The notes: generated by a model from the sequence alone, not told the origin. DNA of 61,933 bases, filler included, from 7 parts of 7 records of this genome joined end to end with filler, not necessarily neighbours in it; one strand, 5' to 3'. Positions 51,630-61,258 are shown, counted from the whole stretch's first letter. Translations and numbers: made by a program.

Positions 51630-52634
51630 TTAAGAATTTTTTCTTACTACTTTTATATCTTCTTTATTGATTGTTAAGAAGCACTCTTTTTGACTTTCAT
51701 CAAAAGCTGCTTGAGTTGTTTTTACTAAAAGTTCTGCATTATCATAATCACTTAGTGCAACTTCAATCTCATAGTAGTCTCCACAAAATGAAACATCTTG
51801 AATATTTGCTTTTATAGCTGTTTGTTCTGTATTAACTTCAACTTTATCTATAGATACAATAGCAACACTATTTTCATCAACATTAACTTCTAATGTTTTT
51901 ACTAAAGAAGAAGGAAGTTTGTTTATTTTGTTTAAAAAGTTTGCTACATATAAAGAACTTGGGTTGTTAAAAAGTTCTTGTGGCGTACCATATTGCTCAA
52001 TCTTTTTATTATGAATAATTGCAATTTTATCAGACATACTTAATGCTTCTTTTTGGTCATGTGTTACAAGAATTGCACTTAATCCCATATCTTTAATCAG
52101 TTTTTTTAACCAGATTTTTGTTTTGTTTCTTAGTATAGAATCAAGGTTTGAGAATGGTTCATCTAAAAGTATTACTTTCGGTTCATATGCTAAAACCCTA
52201 GCAATTGAAACTCTTTGTTGTTGTCCACCACTTAACTCGTGAATCTGTTTATTTCTATGTTCCACCAAGTCAAATTGTTTTAATAATTTATCTACTCTTT
52301 TTTGCTTTTCGATACCATTTAATCTATATAATGCAAACTCAATATTATCTTTAACATTCAAATGAGGAAATAAAGCATAATCTTGAAAAATATACCCTAT
52401 ATCTTTATGACAATCTCTTTTCCCATTTTTTATCAAACAATGGTCATTTATAAAAATATCACCTTTGTACTCTTCTTGCAAAGAAGCAATACTTCTAAGA
52501 ATAGTACTTTTACCACATCCACTTGGACCTAATATTGTTACAATCTCACCTTGAATAACATCAAAAGTGATATCTTCTAAAATCTTTGTATCTCCAAATG
52601 AGATAGAAAAATCTTTTACACTAACACCAACCAT
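51630..52634 (-). CDS. fbpC: Fe(III) ABC transporter ATPase
   Basis: GPSGCGKS, FQDYALFPHL, LSGGQQQR, LLDEPFSNLD, VTHD. Confidence 0.88.
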   Translation of the reverse strand: MVGVSVKDFSISFGDTKILEDITFDVIQGEIVTILGPSGCGKSTILRSIASLQEEYKGDIFINDHCLIKNGKRDCHKDIGYIFQDYALFPHLNVKDNIEFALYRLNGIEKQKRVDKLLKQFDLVEHRNKQIHELSGGQQQRVSIARVLAYEPKVILLDEPFSNLDSILRNKTKIWLKKLIKDMGLSAILVTHDQKEALSMSDKIAIIHNKKIEQYGTPQELFNNPSSLYVANFLNKINKLPSSLVKTLEVNVDENSVAIVSIDKVEVNTEQTAIKANIQDVSFCGDYYEIEVALSDYDNAELLVKTTQAAFDESQKECFLTINKEDIKVVRKNS

Positions 52635-52635
52635 C

Positions 52636-54216
52636 TTAATCCTTAACCATTTTTTTTGCTAACACTAATACTGAAACGATACCTAATAAAACAATAAACA
52701 TTGCAGGTACACTTGATTCTAAGATTTGAGCTTGATTTACAAGCTCATGTGATAAAACTGGTAATGTATCAAAGTTAAAAGGTCTTAAAATCATTGTTAG
52801 TGGTAACTCTTTCATTGTTTCAATAAATACAATAATAAAACTTGCCATCATTGAACCTTTTACTAAAGGTAAGATTACTTTAAAAAAAGTTTGAAAAGTA
52901 CCTATTTGCATAGTTTTACATGCATCATCATAAGTTTGTGGGATTTTAGAAAATCCTGATTCATAATTGTTTATTGAAATAGCTATAAACCTAACAACAT
53001 AACCAAATATTATTGCAACAATACTTCCACTAAGCAAGATTTCAAAACTTTTGTCAATAATACTAAAGAAACTTAAAACACCTACTGCAACAACAGCTCC
53101 TGGAATAGAATAACCAAGTTTAGATATTTGTAGTAAGTTTTCTGCAACTTTACTTTTATGTAACCTTACATTATAGGCTAAAATAAAACCTAAAATAGTA
53201 ATCAATATTGAACTAAATACACCCAGATACAATGTTTGTAAAAGTGTAGTTACAAAATCCTCATCAATAATCTCTTCGTATGAGATATAAAACCAATAAG
53301 ACATTTGAGAGAAAGGTAATAAAAAACCAAAGAAAAATGGTATAAAACAGGCAATAAATGCTAGTATATTTTTACTACCACTTAATTTTTCTTTTATAAT
53401 AGGTTTAAAATCTTTTCCACTACTTTTGTATCTTTTATTTCTTCTTTGAAATCTTTCGAAGAAAATTAACATAAAAATAAAAAGCATTAGCATAGATGCT
53501 AATTTTGATGCATCCTCAACGCTTCCCATTCCCAACCAAGTTCTAAAAATACCAGTAACAAAAGTAGATACTCCATAATAATCCATAACACCAAAATCAG
53601 CTACTGCTTCCATTACAGCTAAAATCACACCAGCAACAATTGCAGGTCTTGAAACAGGTATTATAACTTTATAAAAAATTTGGAAATTTGTAAGTCCCAT
53701 AGTTTTTGAAGCATCAATTATTGATGAAGATTCTGCTTTTAAATATGTCTTAGAGATTAAATAAACATAAGGGTATAAAACCAAAGACATTACTATAATA
53801 GCACCTTCAATTGACATAATATCAAAGAAATATACTTCATTTAATGTTTTTCCTAAAAGATTTAAAATAAAGGTTGTAACTGTTCCTGTTATATCAAACA
53901 TTCCACCATAGATATAAGACATAATATATGTAGGAATAGCAAAAGGTAAAATCAAACCATAATGGAAAAATTTAGAGCCAGTAAATTTAAAAAATGTTGT
54001 GATATATGCTGTAGTAAAACCTAGTATTGCAGTTATAAAAGCAACACCTAACATAATATATAAAGAATTATAAATATAATCAAAAAGTACTGTATCAACT
54101 AAATGATCCCAGTTTTTACTAGGAGCAAAAATATTTGATATTAAAATAAGTCCTGGAACAGAAATAAGCAGCGTTAAAAAAATACTGCTTATTGTAAGTT
54201 TATTAAAAATTTTCAA
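52636..54216 (-). CDS. fbpB: Fe(III) ABC transporter permease (two fused domains)
   Basis: PFAIPTY, YPYVYL, ADFG, GYSIPG, KELP.TM.LRPFNFDTL. Confidence 0.9.
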   Translation of the reverse strand: MKIFNKLTISSIFLTLLISVPGLILISNIFAPSKNWDHLVDTVLFDYIYNSLYIMLGVAFITAILGFTTAYITTFFKFTGSKFFHYGLILPFAIPTYIMSYIYGGMFDITGTVTTFILNLLGKTLNEVYFFDIMSIEGAIIVMSLVLYPYVYLISKTYLKAESSSIIDASKTMGLTNFQIFYKVIIPVSRPAIVAGVILAVMEAVADFGVMDYYGVSTFVTGIFRTWLGMGSVEDASKLASMLMLFIFMLIFFERFQRRNKRYKSSGKDFKPIIKEKLSGSKNILAFIACFIPFFFGFLLPFSQMSYWFYISYEEIIDEDFVTTLLQTLYLGVFSSILITILGFILAYNVRLHKSKVAENLLQISKLGYSIPGAVVAVGVLSFFSIIDKSFEILLSGSIVAIIFGYVVRFIAISINNYESGFSKIPQTYDDACKTMQIGTFQTFFKVILPLVKGSMMASFIIVFIETMKELPLTMILRPFNFDTLPVLSHELVNQAQILESSVPAMFIVLLGIVSVLVLAKKMVKD

Positions 54217-54225
54217 TGTTACTTC

Positions 54226-55233
54226 TTATTTCCAACCAGCTTCGTCAAAAATTCTTACTGCATCAGCGTTGTATTTTCCTAAAGTATTTATGTTGATTGT
54301 ATCATCTTCAAAGTCACCCCAAGATGCAACAACTGGATTCATTTTCATTCCCTTAACAACTGGATACTCAAAGTTGTCATTTGCAAATAACTCCTGTGCT
54401 TCTTTACTTGCTAAGAACTCTATAAATTTAATTGCATTTTCTTTATGTGGTGCATATTTAGTAACACCGGCTCCACTTACATTAATATGTGTTCCACCAT
54501 TTTCAAATTTTGGGAATATAATTTTAACTCTTTCAACTGCAGCTGATTCTGATAAATCTTTATTTCCAATCATTTTACCTACATAGTAAGTGTTTGAAAT
54601 ACCAATTTTTCCAATCCCATTTGCAACTGCTTTTACTTGATATCTATCATTACCTTTTGGTCTTCTAGCTAAGTTAGCAACTACACCTTTAGCCCATTTT
54701 AAAGCATATTCTTTACCGTGATGAGCAATTACTGCTGCCAGCATAGATTGGTTATAAATATGATTTGAAGATCTTACCATAATCATTTTTTTATATTCTG
54801 GTTTGATTAGGTCTTCATATGTTTTCAGTTCTTTGTCTAAAGTACTATCTTTTAAAACAACAAAAGCCCTAACTCTTTTCGTTAAAGCAAACCATTCATT
54901 GTCTTCATCTCTTAAGTTTGAAGGGATATTTTCAGTTAAATATTTAGATTGAATTGGTTGAAGAAGATTTTTTGATTTTGCTTGAAATAATCTACCTGCA
55001 TCAACTGTGATTAGAACATCAGCTGGCGAATTCTTACCTTCACTTGTTAATCTTTTGATTAATGCATTTGCATCTGCTTTAACAACATTTACTTTTATTC
55101 CTGTTTTTTCTTCAAACATTTTAAATAATTGTTTATCTGTATCATAATGTCTGTGAGAGTATACATTTACCTCTGATGCTGCGAATATTGAGCTAGTCAA
55201 TAAAAAAACACTTAATAAAATTTTCTTTAGCAT
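54226..55233 (-). CDS. fbpA: Fe(III) ABC transporter substrate-binding protein (FbpA/FutA-like), copy 1
   Basis: VNVYSHRHY, SPADV, RSS..IYNQS, NTYY tandem-Tyr motif, GTHINVSG, NFEYP. Confidence 0.9.
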   Translation of the reverse strand: MLKKILLSVFLLTSSIFAASEVNVYSHRHYDTDKQLFKMFEEKTGIKVNVVKADANALIKRLTSEGKNSPADVLITVDAGRLFQAKSKNLLQPIQSKYLTENIPSNLRDEDNEWFALTKRVRAFVVLKDSTLDKELKTYEDLIKPEYKKMIMVRSSNHIYNQSMLAAVIAHHGKEYALKWAKGVVANLARRPKGNDRYQVKAVANGIGKIGISNTYYVGKMIGNKDLSESAAVERVKIIFPKFENGGTHINVSGAGVTKYAPHKENAIKFIEFLASKEAQELFANDNFEYPVVKGMKMNPVVASWGDFEDDTININTLGKYNADAVRIFDEAGWK

Positions 55234-55301
55234 AGATTTCCTTTTTTAATAATAATAATTATTGAAATTGTAATTAAATGTTACTTAATTGCCTCTTATA
55301 A

Positions 55302-55316
55302 TAAGAACGATTATCA
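55302..55316. promoter_or_regulatory. Fur-box-like site upstream of fbpA copy 1
   Basis: Minus strand TGATAATCGTTCTTA versus 7-1-7 consensus TGATAATnATTATCA. Further AAT repeats at about 55248-55269. Confidence 0.55.
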
Positions 55317-55329
55317 TAATAATGATATT

Positions 55330-55358
55330 ATAAAGAGGGAATAGCAAGAACTATTCCC
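55330..55358 (-). terminator. Hairpin between the two fbpA copies
   Basis: GGGAATAG-6 nt-CTATTCCC followed by TCTTT on the minus strand. Confidence 0.65.
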
Positions 55359-55374
55359 GAAGAGAGTAAATAGA

Positions 55375-56385
55375 TTATTTCCACCCTGCTAAATCAAAAA
55401 TTTTAACTGCTTTAGCGTTATTTTCACCCAATATATTTATAGATATTGTGTCATCTTCAAAAGTTCCCCAAGAGCTAACTAATTCAGATGTTTTTACACC
55501 TTCCAAAACTGGATATTCAAAGTTTCCTTCTGCAAACATTTTTTGTGCATCTTTTGATGCCATAAATTCCAAAAACTTAATTGCATTTTCTTTATTTGGT
55601 GCAGTTTTTATAACACCACCACCAGAAATATTTATATGAGTCCCACCATTTTCAAATTTTGGAAATAATATTTTAACTTTTTTTACAGCTACAGCTTGAG
55701 ATTTATCTTTATTATCAACCATTTTACCTATATAATAAGTATTGGCAATAGCAATTTTCCCTATTCCATTTGCAACTGCTTTAACTTGATATCTGTCATT
55801 ACCTTTAGGTTCCATTGCCATATTTGCAACAACACCTTTTGCCCATTTAAGTGCATACTCTTCTCCATGATGAGCAATTACAGCTGCTAATAAAGATTGA
55901 TTATATGCATTATTTGATGATCTAACCATAATTGTTCCCTTGAATTTAGGATCAGCTAAATCTTCATAAGTAGAAAGTTCTTTTTCAATTCCTGAACCAA
56001 CTTTATAAACAATAACTCTTGATCTTTTTGTTAACCCAAACCATTCATTGTCTTTATCTCTCAATTTTACAGGAATGTTTTTAGTTAATATATCTGAATC
56101 AATTGATTGAAATAGTCCATCTGTTTTCGCTTTATATAATCTTGCTGCATCGGCAGTGATTAAAATATCGGCTGGTGACTTTTCACCTTCACTTTTAATT
56201 CTATTAATTAAAGCAGAAGCTTTTGCTTTAACAACATTTACTTTTATTCCTGTCTTTTCTTCAAAGATTTTGAATAATTTTTTATCTGTGTCATAATGTC
56301 TTGTAGAATATACATTTACTTCATTTGCAGCAAATAATGAGCTTACAAGAATACAACTTCCAACGACTAATTTCCCTATCATCAC
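55375..56385 (-). CDS. fbpA: Fe(III) ABC transporter substrate-binding protein (FbpA/FutA-like), copy 2
   Basis: VNVYSTRHY, NTYY, GTHINISG. Close paralogue of 54226-55233. Confidence 0.9.
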   Translation of the reverse strand: MMIGKLVVGSCILVSSLFAANEVNVYSTRHYDTDKKLFKIFEEKTGIKVNVVKAKASALINRIKSEGEKSPADILITADAARLYKAKTDGLFQSIDSDILTKNIPVKLRDKDNEWFGLTKRSRVIVYKVGSGIEKELSTYEDLADPKFKGTIMVRSSNNAYNQSLLAAVIAHHGEEYALKWAKGVVANMAMEPKGNDRYQVKAVANGIGKIAIANTYYIGKMVDNKDKSQAVAVKKVKILFPKFENGGTHINISGGGVIKTAPNKENAIKFLEFMASKDAQKMFAEGNFEYPVLEGVKTSELVSSWGTFEDDTISINILGENNAKAVKIFDLAGWK

Positions 56386-56438
56386 TATCCTTTTAATTTT
56401 GATTTTTCATTATAAAAAACCTTATATTAAACAAATCT

Positions 56439-56453
56439 TAATAGTGATTATCA
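56439..56453. promoter_or_regulatory. Fur-box-like site upstream of fbpA copy 2
   Basis: Minus strand TGATAATCACTATTA, 12 of 14 informative positions matching TGATAATnATTATCA. Confidence 0.6.
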
Positions 56454-56476
56454 ATATATACAATATAGTTAAACAT

Positions 56477-56514
56477 AAAAAAAGGGGAAGACAGTTTTAC
56501 CTATCTTCCCCTTT
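56477..56514 (-). terminator. rpsR terminator
   Basis: AAAGGGGAAGA/TCTTCCCCTTT stem, with a T tail on the minus strand. Confidence 0.85.
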
Positions 56515-56533
56515 AAAACAAATATTTTAAAAA

Positions 56534-56756
56534 TTATTTGCTATATGCTGGATCAGTTACATCTTGTGTATCTACGATGTAAGGAACAAGTGCCATGTGT
56601 CTTGCTCTTTTGATTGCTTTCTCAACCATTTCTTGTGCATTTTTAGAGTTACCAGTAAGTCTTCTAGGCATAATTTTACCTCTTTCACTCATTGATAGTT
56701 TTAATAAATCTACATTTTTATAGTCGATGAAATCAATTTTCATCTCAGTATATTTA
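56534..56756 (-). CDS. rpsR: 30S ribosomal protein S18 (5'-truncated)
   Basis: [36 protein letters not shown]. Campylobacterota-type sequence. Confidence 0.96.
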
Positions 56757-56856
56757 NNNNNNNNNNNNNNNNNNNNNNNNNNNNNNNNNNNNNNNNNNNN
56801 TTAATTAATTAANNNNNNNNNNNNNNNNNNNNNNNNNNNNNNNNNNNNNNNNNNNN
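56757..56856. other. Artificial contig spacer
   Basis: N44-TTAATTAATTAA-N44. Confidence 0.99.
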
Positions 56857-57525
56857 AGAATCCACCGTAAAATAGCGAAGAAGATTGTCCTTGAAGAGGA
56901 GAAGGCTCCCTTCACCATTGGACCGGAGAGCCTGGAAAATTACCTGGGCAAAGCGGTGTTCCGTGAGGATGAAATAAAAGCGGCCACTGTTCCTGGAACC
57001 GCCGTCGGTCTGGCCTGGACAAATTTCGGTGGAGACACCCTGCTGATCGAGGCTGTCGACAATCCGGGTAAGGGGGGGCTGAAACTCACCGGCCGAATGG
57101 GTGATGTCATGCAGGAATCGGCCTCCATAGCCTATACCTATGTTAAACATATTGCCCCGAAGTACGGCATAGAAAACTCCTGGTTTGAGAAAAACCTGAT
57201 CCACCTTCATATCCCTGAAGGTGCCACCCCCAAGGATGGCCCCTCAGCGGGGATCACGATGGCCTCCTGTATCCTCTCCCTGGTCCGGGGAAAGACCCTG
57301 AAGAAGAATCTGGCTATGACCGGAGAGCTCTCGCTGGTCGGAAAGGTCATGCCCATCGGCGGGCTTAAGGAGAAGACCATTGCGGCCCGGAGAAACAGGA
57401 TAAAGACGATCCTCATTCCCAAGGCTAACTTGAAGGATTTGGATGAAATTCCTGAGAATGTGAAGAAAGGGATTACCTTCCATGCCGTAGAAACAATGGA
57501 TGAGGTTCTGGAGAGGATTTTTTGA
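56857..57525 (+). CDS. lon: Lon protease, C-terminal proteolytic domain (5'-truncated)
   Basis: The frame is open from 56857 (RIHRKIAKK...). GLAWT..GG, PKDGPSAG (catalytic Ser), AMTGE, IGGLKEK (catalytic Lys). Confidence 0.96.
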   Translation, partial: RIHRKIAKKIVLEEEKAPFTIGPESLENYLGKAVFREDEIKAATVPGTAVGLAWTNFGGDTLLIEAVDNPGKGGLKLTGRMGDVMQESASIAYTYVKHIAPKYGIENSWFEKNLIHLHIPEGATPKDGPSAGITMASCILSLVRGKTLKKNLAMTGELSLVGKVMPIGGLKEKTIAARRNRIKTILIPKANLKDLDEIPENVKKGITFHAVETMDEVLERIF

Positions 57526-58838
57526 TGAAATCCGGAAAGGCAAATCATTACCTTAAAAAGCTGCTCACTCTGCTGCTCTTTTCTTCAGTGCTCTTTCCGT
57601 TGATTTCCCAGAGCGGCGAAACGGAGAACCCGGGTGAAAACAGAGAAGAACTCCTCCTCTCTTTCACCGGCGATCTGATGGCCCATTCGATCAACTACAA
57701 GATGACCGATTATGATGAAATCTATCGAAGGGTAAAAACGATCTTTCTTGAGGATGATCTGACCTTCACCAATGCCGAATTTCCCATGGATCCGGCAAAG
57801 CCGATGGCCAGTTTCCCCAGCTTTAATATCCACCCCGTCTATCTGGAAGCCTTTGTGGAAGCGGGGCTGGATGTCTTTTCCCTGGCTAACAACCACTCAG
57901 CCGACAGCGGCGAGGCCTCAATGCTCGCCAGTCTCACGGCCGCTGAAGAACTGGCGGCCAAAACCGAAATTGCCCTGGAGAGGCCCCTCTATTTTTCGGG
58001 AATTGCACGGCCTGCCGTCGAAACTCCGTTGACGGCTCCGGAGACAGCAGCGGAAGTTCGGGAGGATGGAAATACCTCAGAGAGTGTAATCAGTCCGGCC
58101 GAGGAAACAGAGGAATCTGTCACAGCAGTTCCTCCTCCAGAGCCCTATGAAATCACGGAAATTGAAAAGAAGGGATGGAAAATCGGTTTTCTGGCGGTGA
58201 CCCAGAAATCCAATGTTTCGGCGGATCCCGAGATCCTCTACCAGGTGGATTACAACAAAAGGGAAGAGTCCGAGCCCTTTCTTTCCTGGATTTCCGAAAA
58301 GTCGAAGGAGTACGATCTCTTCATTCTCTCATACCACGGCGGTGTGGAATATAATTTCATCCCTGTCGACCGGAAACGGCGGTTTTTCCACGGCCTAATC
58401 CAATCCGGTGTGGACATCGTCTGGGGTCACCACCCCCATGTGATTCAGGAGATCGAAGTTGTCAGAATGGACGACAGAGAGGGTGTGATCATGTACTCCC
58501 TTGGGAATTTCCTTTCCGGCCAGGGTCGGATCATCGATGAGGTCCTCCCCGAAGAGGAGTGGTCCTACACCGGTGATTCTGCGGTGGTTCAGCTGAGGGT
58601 TGAGGTATCATCCTCGACTGAAGATGAAAATGGTTCAATAAAAGGACTTCCGGAGTTCACGAAGGTCCATCCCATCCCAACGGCAAATTATATTACGCCG
58701 AACAGGGAAGTCGTGATCTATCCTCTGGAAACACTGGTACTCCATCCCCTGCCGTCCCCCTGGGACGACTTTTACAGGGAAAGGAGCCGGATAATGTCCG
58801 GGTATTTCCGCGAAAATATCCGGTTCTCTACATTTTAA
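57525..58838 (+). CDS. CapA / PGA_cap family metallophosphoesterase-like exported protein
   Basis: N-terminal signal/TM segment, FTGD, N.E, SLANNH, HGG.E, GHHPHV, YSLGNF. TGATG overlap with the lon stop. Confidence 0.87.
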   Translation: MKSGKANHYLKKLLTLLLFSSVLFPLISQSGETENPGENREELLLSFTGDLMAHSINYKMTDYDEIYRRVKTIFLEDDLTFTNAEFPMDPAKPMASFPSFNIHPVYLEAFVEAGLDVFSLANNHSADSGEASMLASLTAAEELAAKTEIALERPLYFSGIARPAVETPLTAPETAAEVREDGNTSESVISPAEETEESVTAVPPPEPYEITEIEKKGWKIGFLAVTQKSNVSADPEILYQVDYNKREESEPFLSWISEKSKEYDLFILSYHGGVEYNFIPVDRKRRFFHGLIQSGVDIVWGHHPHVIQEIEVVRMDDREGVIMYSLGNFLSGQGRIIDEVLPEEEWSYTGDSAVVQLRVEVSSSTEDENGSIKGLPEFTKVHPIPTANYITPNREVVIYPLETLVLHPLPSPWDDFYRERSRIMSGYFRENIRFSTF

Positions 58839-59704
58839 TCAATATCTCTGTAGAAAAAAGTCCTGATGTATTTTGAAACCGGTCGGAAATAGCTGCCTGT
58901 GGCCGAGGCTTCGGTCACCCCGATCTGCTTTTCCGCCCAGAATCCGAGCCCGTTGTTCCGGTAGTAGAAATCCACGGCCCGGACAGATTCTCCCTCACCA
59001 TTAAAATACTCCTCACGGAAAATACGATTATCCTCACCGTAGGAGTAGAGAGTGCGGCTGACGAGATTCCTGTGAACATCGTACTTTTCCATTCCCCAAA
59101 GCCGTCCCTCCGGATCGTAGGAGTAGGTATCATACCAATGAATGTTTTCATCCAGTCCTCCGCCTTCGGAACCGATGATCCGGCCGTTAAAATCATACAG
59201 ATAAATCTTCTCCCAGACGACAACATCCTTCCAGTACCGATCGATTTTCGTCACCAGGATAAGCCTGCCCTCATCATCGTAGGTGTATTCAAAGCGCCAG
59301 CCGTATTTCCCGGTTGTATAAATCCGGGCCACCGAAAAAAGGCGTCCGTCCTCGTCCCAGACATACTCCTCGTTATCCGGAACCCTGGCGTTGGGATGGT
59401 GAAACTCTTTGGATGCAATACGGCCTAGATTATCGTAATAATAAGCGATACGGCTGCCCTCATTTTCATCATCATCAAAGAAGGTTTCCGACAGAATCCG
59501 CCCTGCCTCATCAAAGGCGATGACCTTACGATACTCGAATCCCTCATCCGACCAGCCCTCCTCTTCAATCTTCAGGATCCCGGCCGCTTTTTCCGGCGGA
59601 AACTCAGGTTCATCGAGTCCCGGGAGGTTGATAATGCCGGGGGTGAGGAGAAAGTTGACAAATAAAATAAATAACGGAAAATATACGTGCTGCCTGATCT
59701 TCAT
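58835..59704 (-). CDS. Short exported protein with YD/RHS-like repeats
   Basis: N-terminal hydrophobic segment and about seven Y-x-[YW]-D-x-x-G-R repeats spaced about 24-28 aa apart. Confidence 0.75.
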   Translation of the reverse strand: MKIRQHVYFPLFILFVNFLLTPGIINLPGLDEPEFPPEKAAGILKIEEEGWSDEGFEYRKVIAFDEAGRILSETFFDDDENEGSRIAYYYDNLGRIASKEFHHPNARVPDNEEYVWDEDGRLFSVARIYTTGKYGWRFEYTYDDEGRLILVTKIDRYWKDVVVWEKIYLYDFNGRIIGSEGGGLDENIHWYDTYSYDPEGRLWGMEKYDVHRNLVSRTLYSYGEDNRIFREEYFNGEGESVRAVDFYYRNNGLGFWAEKQIGVTEASATGSYFRPVSKYIRTFFYRDID

Positions 59705-59745
59705 GTCCGGAAAATATACCCTTAATCAGGGGGCTTATCAAGCTC

Positions 59746-59774
59746 TTGATTTGACGCCCCGTCCCTGATAGTCT
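59746..59774 (+). promoter_or_regulatory. Putative sigma70 promoter of the U32 gene
   Basis: TTGATT-17 nt-TAGTCT with extended -10 TG. An AAGGAG RBS follows. Confidence 0.5.
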
Positions 59775-59814
59775 TGCCCTGCCCTCCACACGGAATGGGC
59801 GGAAGGAGAAACAC

Positions 59815-61029
59815 ATGGAATTACTCTCCCCGGCGGGGAATCTGGAAAAACTGAAATACGCCTATCTCTACGGAGCCGACGCAGCCTACATCGGAATTCG
59901 CAACTTTTCACTCCGTCAGAAGGCCGAGAATTTTCACGCCGACGAGTATAACAGGGTAAAGGAAATCAAAGGAGATAAAAAACTTTTTGGTGCCCTGAAT
60001 ATCTACTTTCATCAGCAGGATTTACGGAATCTTGAGGAGAGCCTGGACTACCTGAACGAATACCCCTTTGACGCTTTCATTATTTCGGATATCGGGGTGG
60101 TCCCTATTCTCAAGAAATATTTCTCCGATACCCGTCTCCATCTCTCAACCCAGGCCAACTGCGTCAACGGTTCCGCCGCAAGAATGTATCGGGATATGGG
60201 TTTTTCCCGTATTATCCTGGGGAGGGAGACCCCTCTGGATGACATTGCCGAAATCAAAGCCTCGGTTCCGGATTTGGAGATTGAAACCTTCGTTCACGGA
60301 GCCATGTGTCTGGCCTATTCGGGCCGCTGCTTTTTAAGCCGGTATATGGCGGATCGTTCCGGAAATCAGGGGAGCTGTTCCCACTCCTGCCGATGGAACT
60401 ACCGGGTTCTGGAAGAGGCCGAACGTCCCGGGGAGTATTACCCTGTTGAAACTGGAGATGGGTTTACCACCATCCTCTCTTCCAAGGACCTTTGTATGAT
60501 CGACTATCTCTCGGATCTGAAAAAGGCGGGAATCGACTCATTGAAAATTGAAGGCAGGATGAAATCTCTCTACTATACCGCCGTCATCACCAGGGCCTAC
60601 CGAAAACACCTGGATGCGGTCATGGGCAAAACGGCTCCTACCGAGGATGTTCTCGCCTCATACCGGGAGGAGCTCTACAAGATCAGCCACCGCGAGTTCT
60701 CTACTGGTTTTTATTTTGGGAAAAATGAGATCGAAGAACCGACGATGAAGAGCTATGAACGGACAACGGTCTTTCTGGGAACCCTGGGAGAAGAGGTTGA
60801 ACCGGGAAGATTCCGCCTGGATGTTAAAAACAAGATTGTCTCCGGAGAAGAGCTTGAGTTTATCGGTCCCGATATCCTTTTCTGTAAAGATAATGACTAT
60901 ACGATTCTGGATGGAAACGAACTGGAAGTAGGCGAGGCGGACCACGGCAAGGAGTACACCATCCGCACCGATGAACCGGTGGCCCCGGGGTTTATCCTCC
61001 GTCGGAAAACCAGAGGTCTGGAAAAATAG
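59815..61029 (+). CDS. Peptidase U32 family protein (TrhP/YegQ-like, probable tRNA hydroxylation)
   Basis: MELLSPAG, GADAAYIG, HLSTQAN, FVHGAMC.AYSGRC, CSHSCRW, SLKIEGR. Confidence 0.9.
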   Translation: MELLSPAGNLEKLKYAYLYGADAAYIGIRNFSLRQKAENFHADEYNRVKEIKGDKKLFGALNIYFHQQDLRNLEESLDYLNEYPFDAFIISDIGVVPILKKYFSDTRLHLSTQANCVNGSAARMYRDMGFSRIILGRETPLDDIAEIKASVPDLEIETFVHGAMCLAYSGRCFLSRYMADRSGNQGSCSHSCRWNYRVLEEAERPGEYYPVETGDGFTTILSSKDLCMIDYLSDLKKAGIDSLKIEGRMKSLYYTAVITRAYRKHLDAVMGKTAPTEDVLASYREELYKISHREFSTGFYFGKNEIEEPTMKSYERTTVFLGTLGEEVEPGRFRLDVKNKIVSGEELEFIGPDILFCKDNDYTILDGNELEVGEADHGKEYTIRTDEPVAPGFILRRKTRGLEK

Positions 61030-61076
61030 CCATCAACTTTTTATCCCTCCTTCCGATAATAGCAGGAAGGAGAGAG

Positions 61077-61217
61077 ATGATGTTTGATGCCTTAACCAAC
61101 TTTATCGTTTTCCTGGAGGACAGCCTTCAGAAGACAAGTGATCCCGCTGAAACTCTGGAGCTTATAAAGATCCTTAAAACGGCACGATCCATCCAGGAAA
61201 GACAGAAGGGAATTTAA
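61077..61217 (+). CDS. Small hypothetical protein, 46 aa (below ORF-track cutoff)
   Basis: MMFDALTNFIVFLEDSLQKTSDPAETLELIKILKTARSIQERQKGI*, with a strong AAGGAG RBS and a hairpin immediately after the stop. Confidence 0.6.
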   Translation: MMFDALTNFIVFLEDSLQKTSDPAETLELIKILKTARSIQERQKGI

Positions 61218-61242
61218 CCGGGATTCCCTCTGAAATCCCGGT
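61217..61242. terminator. Hairpin between the convergent small ORF and ilvD
   Basis: ACCGGGATT..AATCCCGGT stem. Confidence 0.6.
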
Positions 61243-61258
61243 AATTCATCCTGTTCCC

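Noticed and set aside
59815..61029. U32 protein as a collagenase or virulence protease
   Set aside because: The conserved Cys motifs fit the Fe-S-dependent hydroxylation role established for TrhP/RlhA/UbiUV-type U32 proteins.
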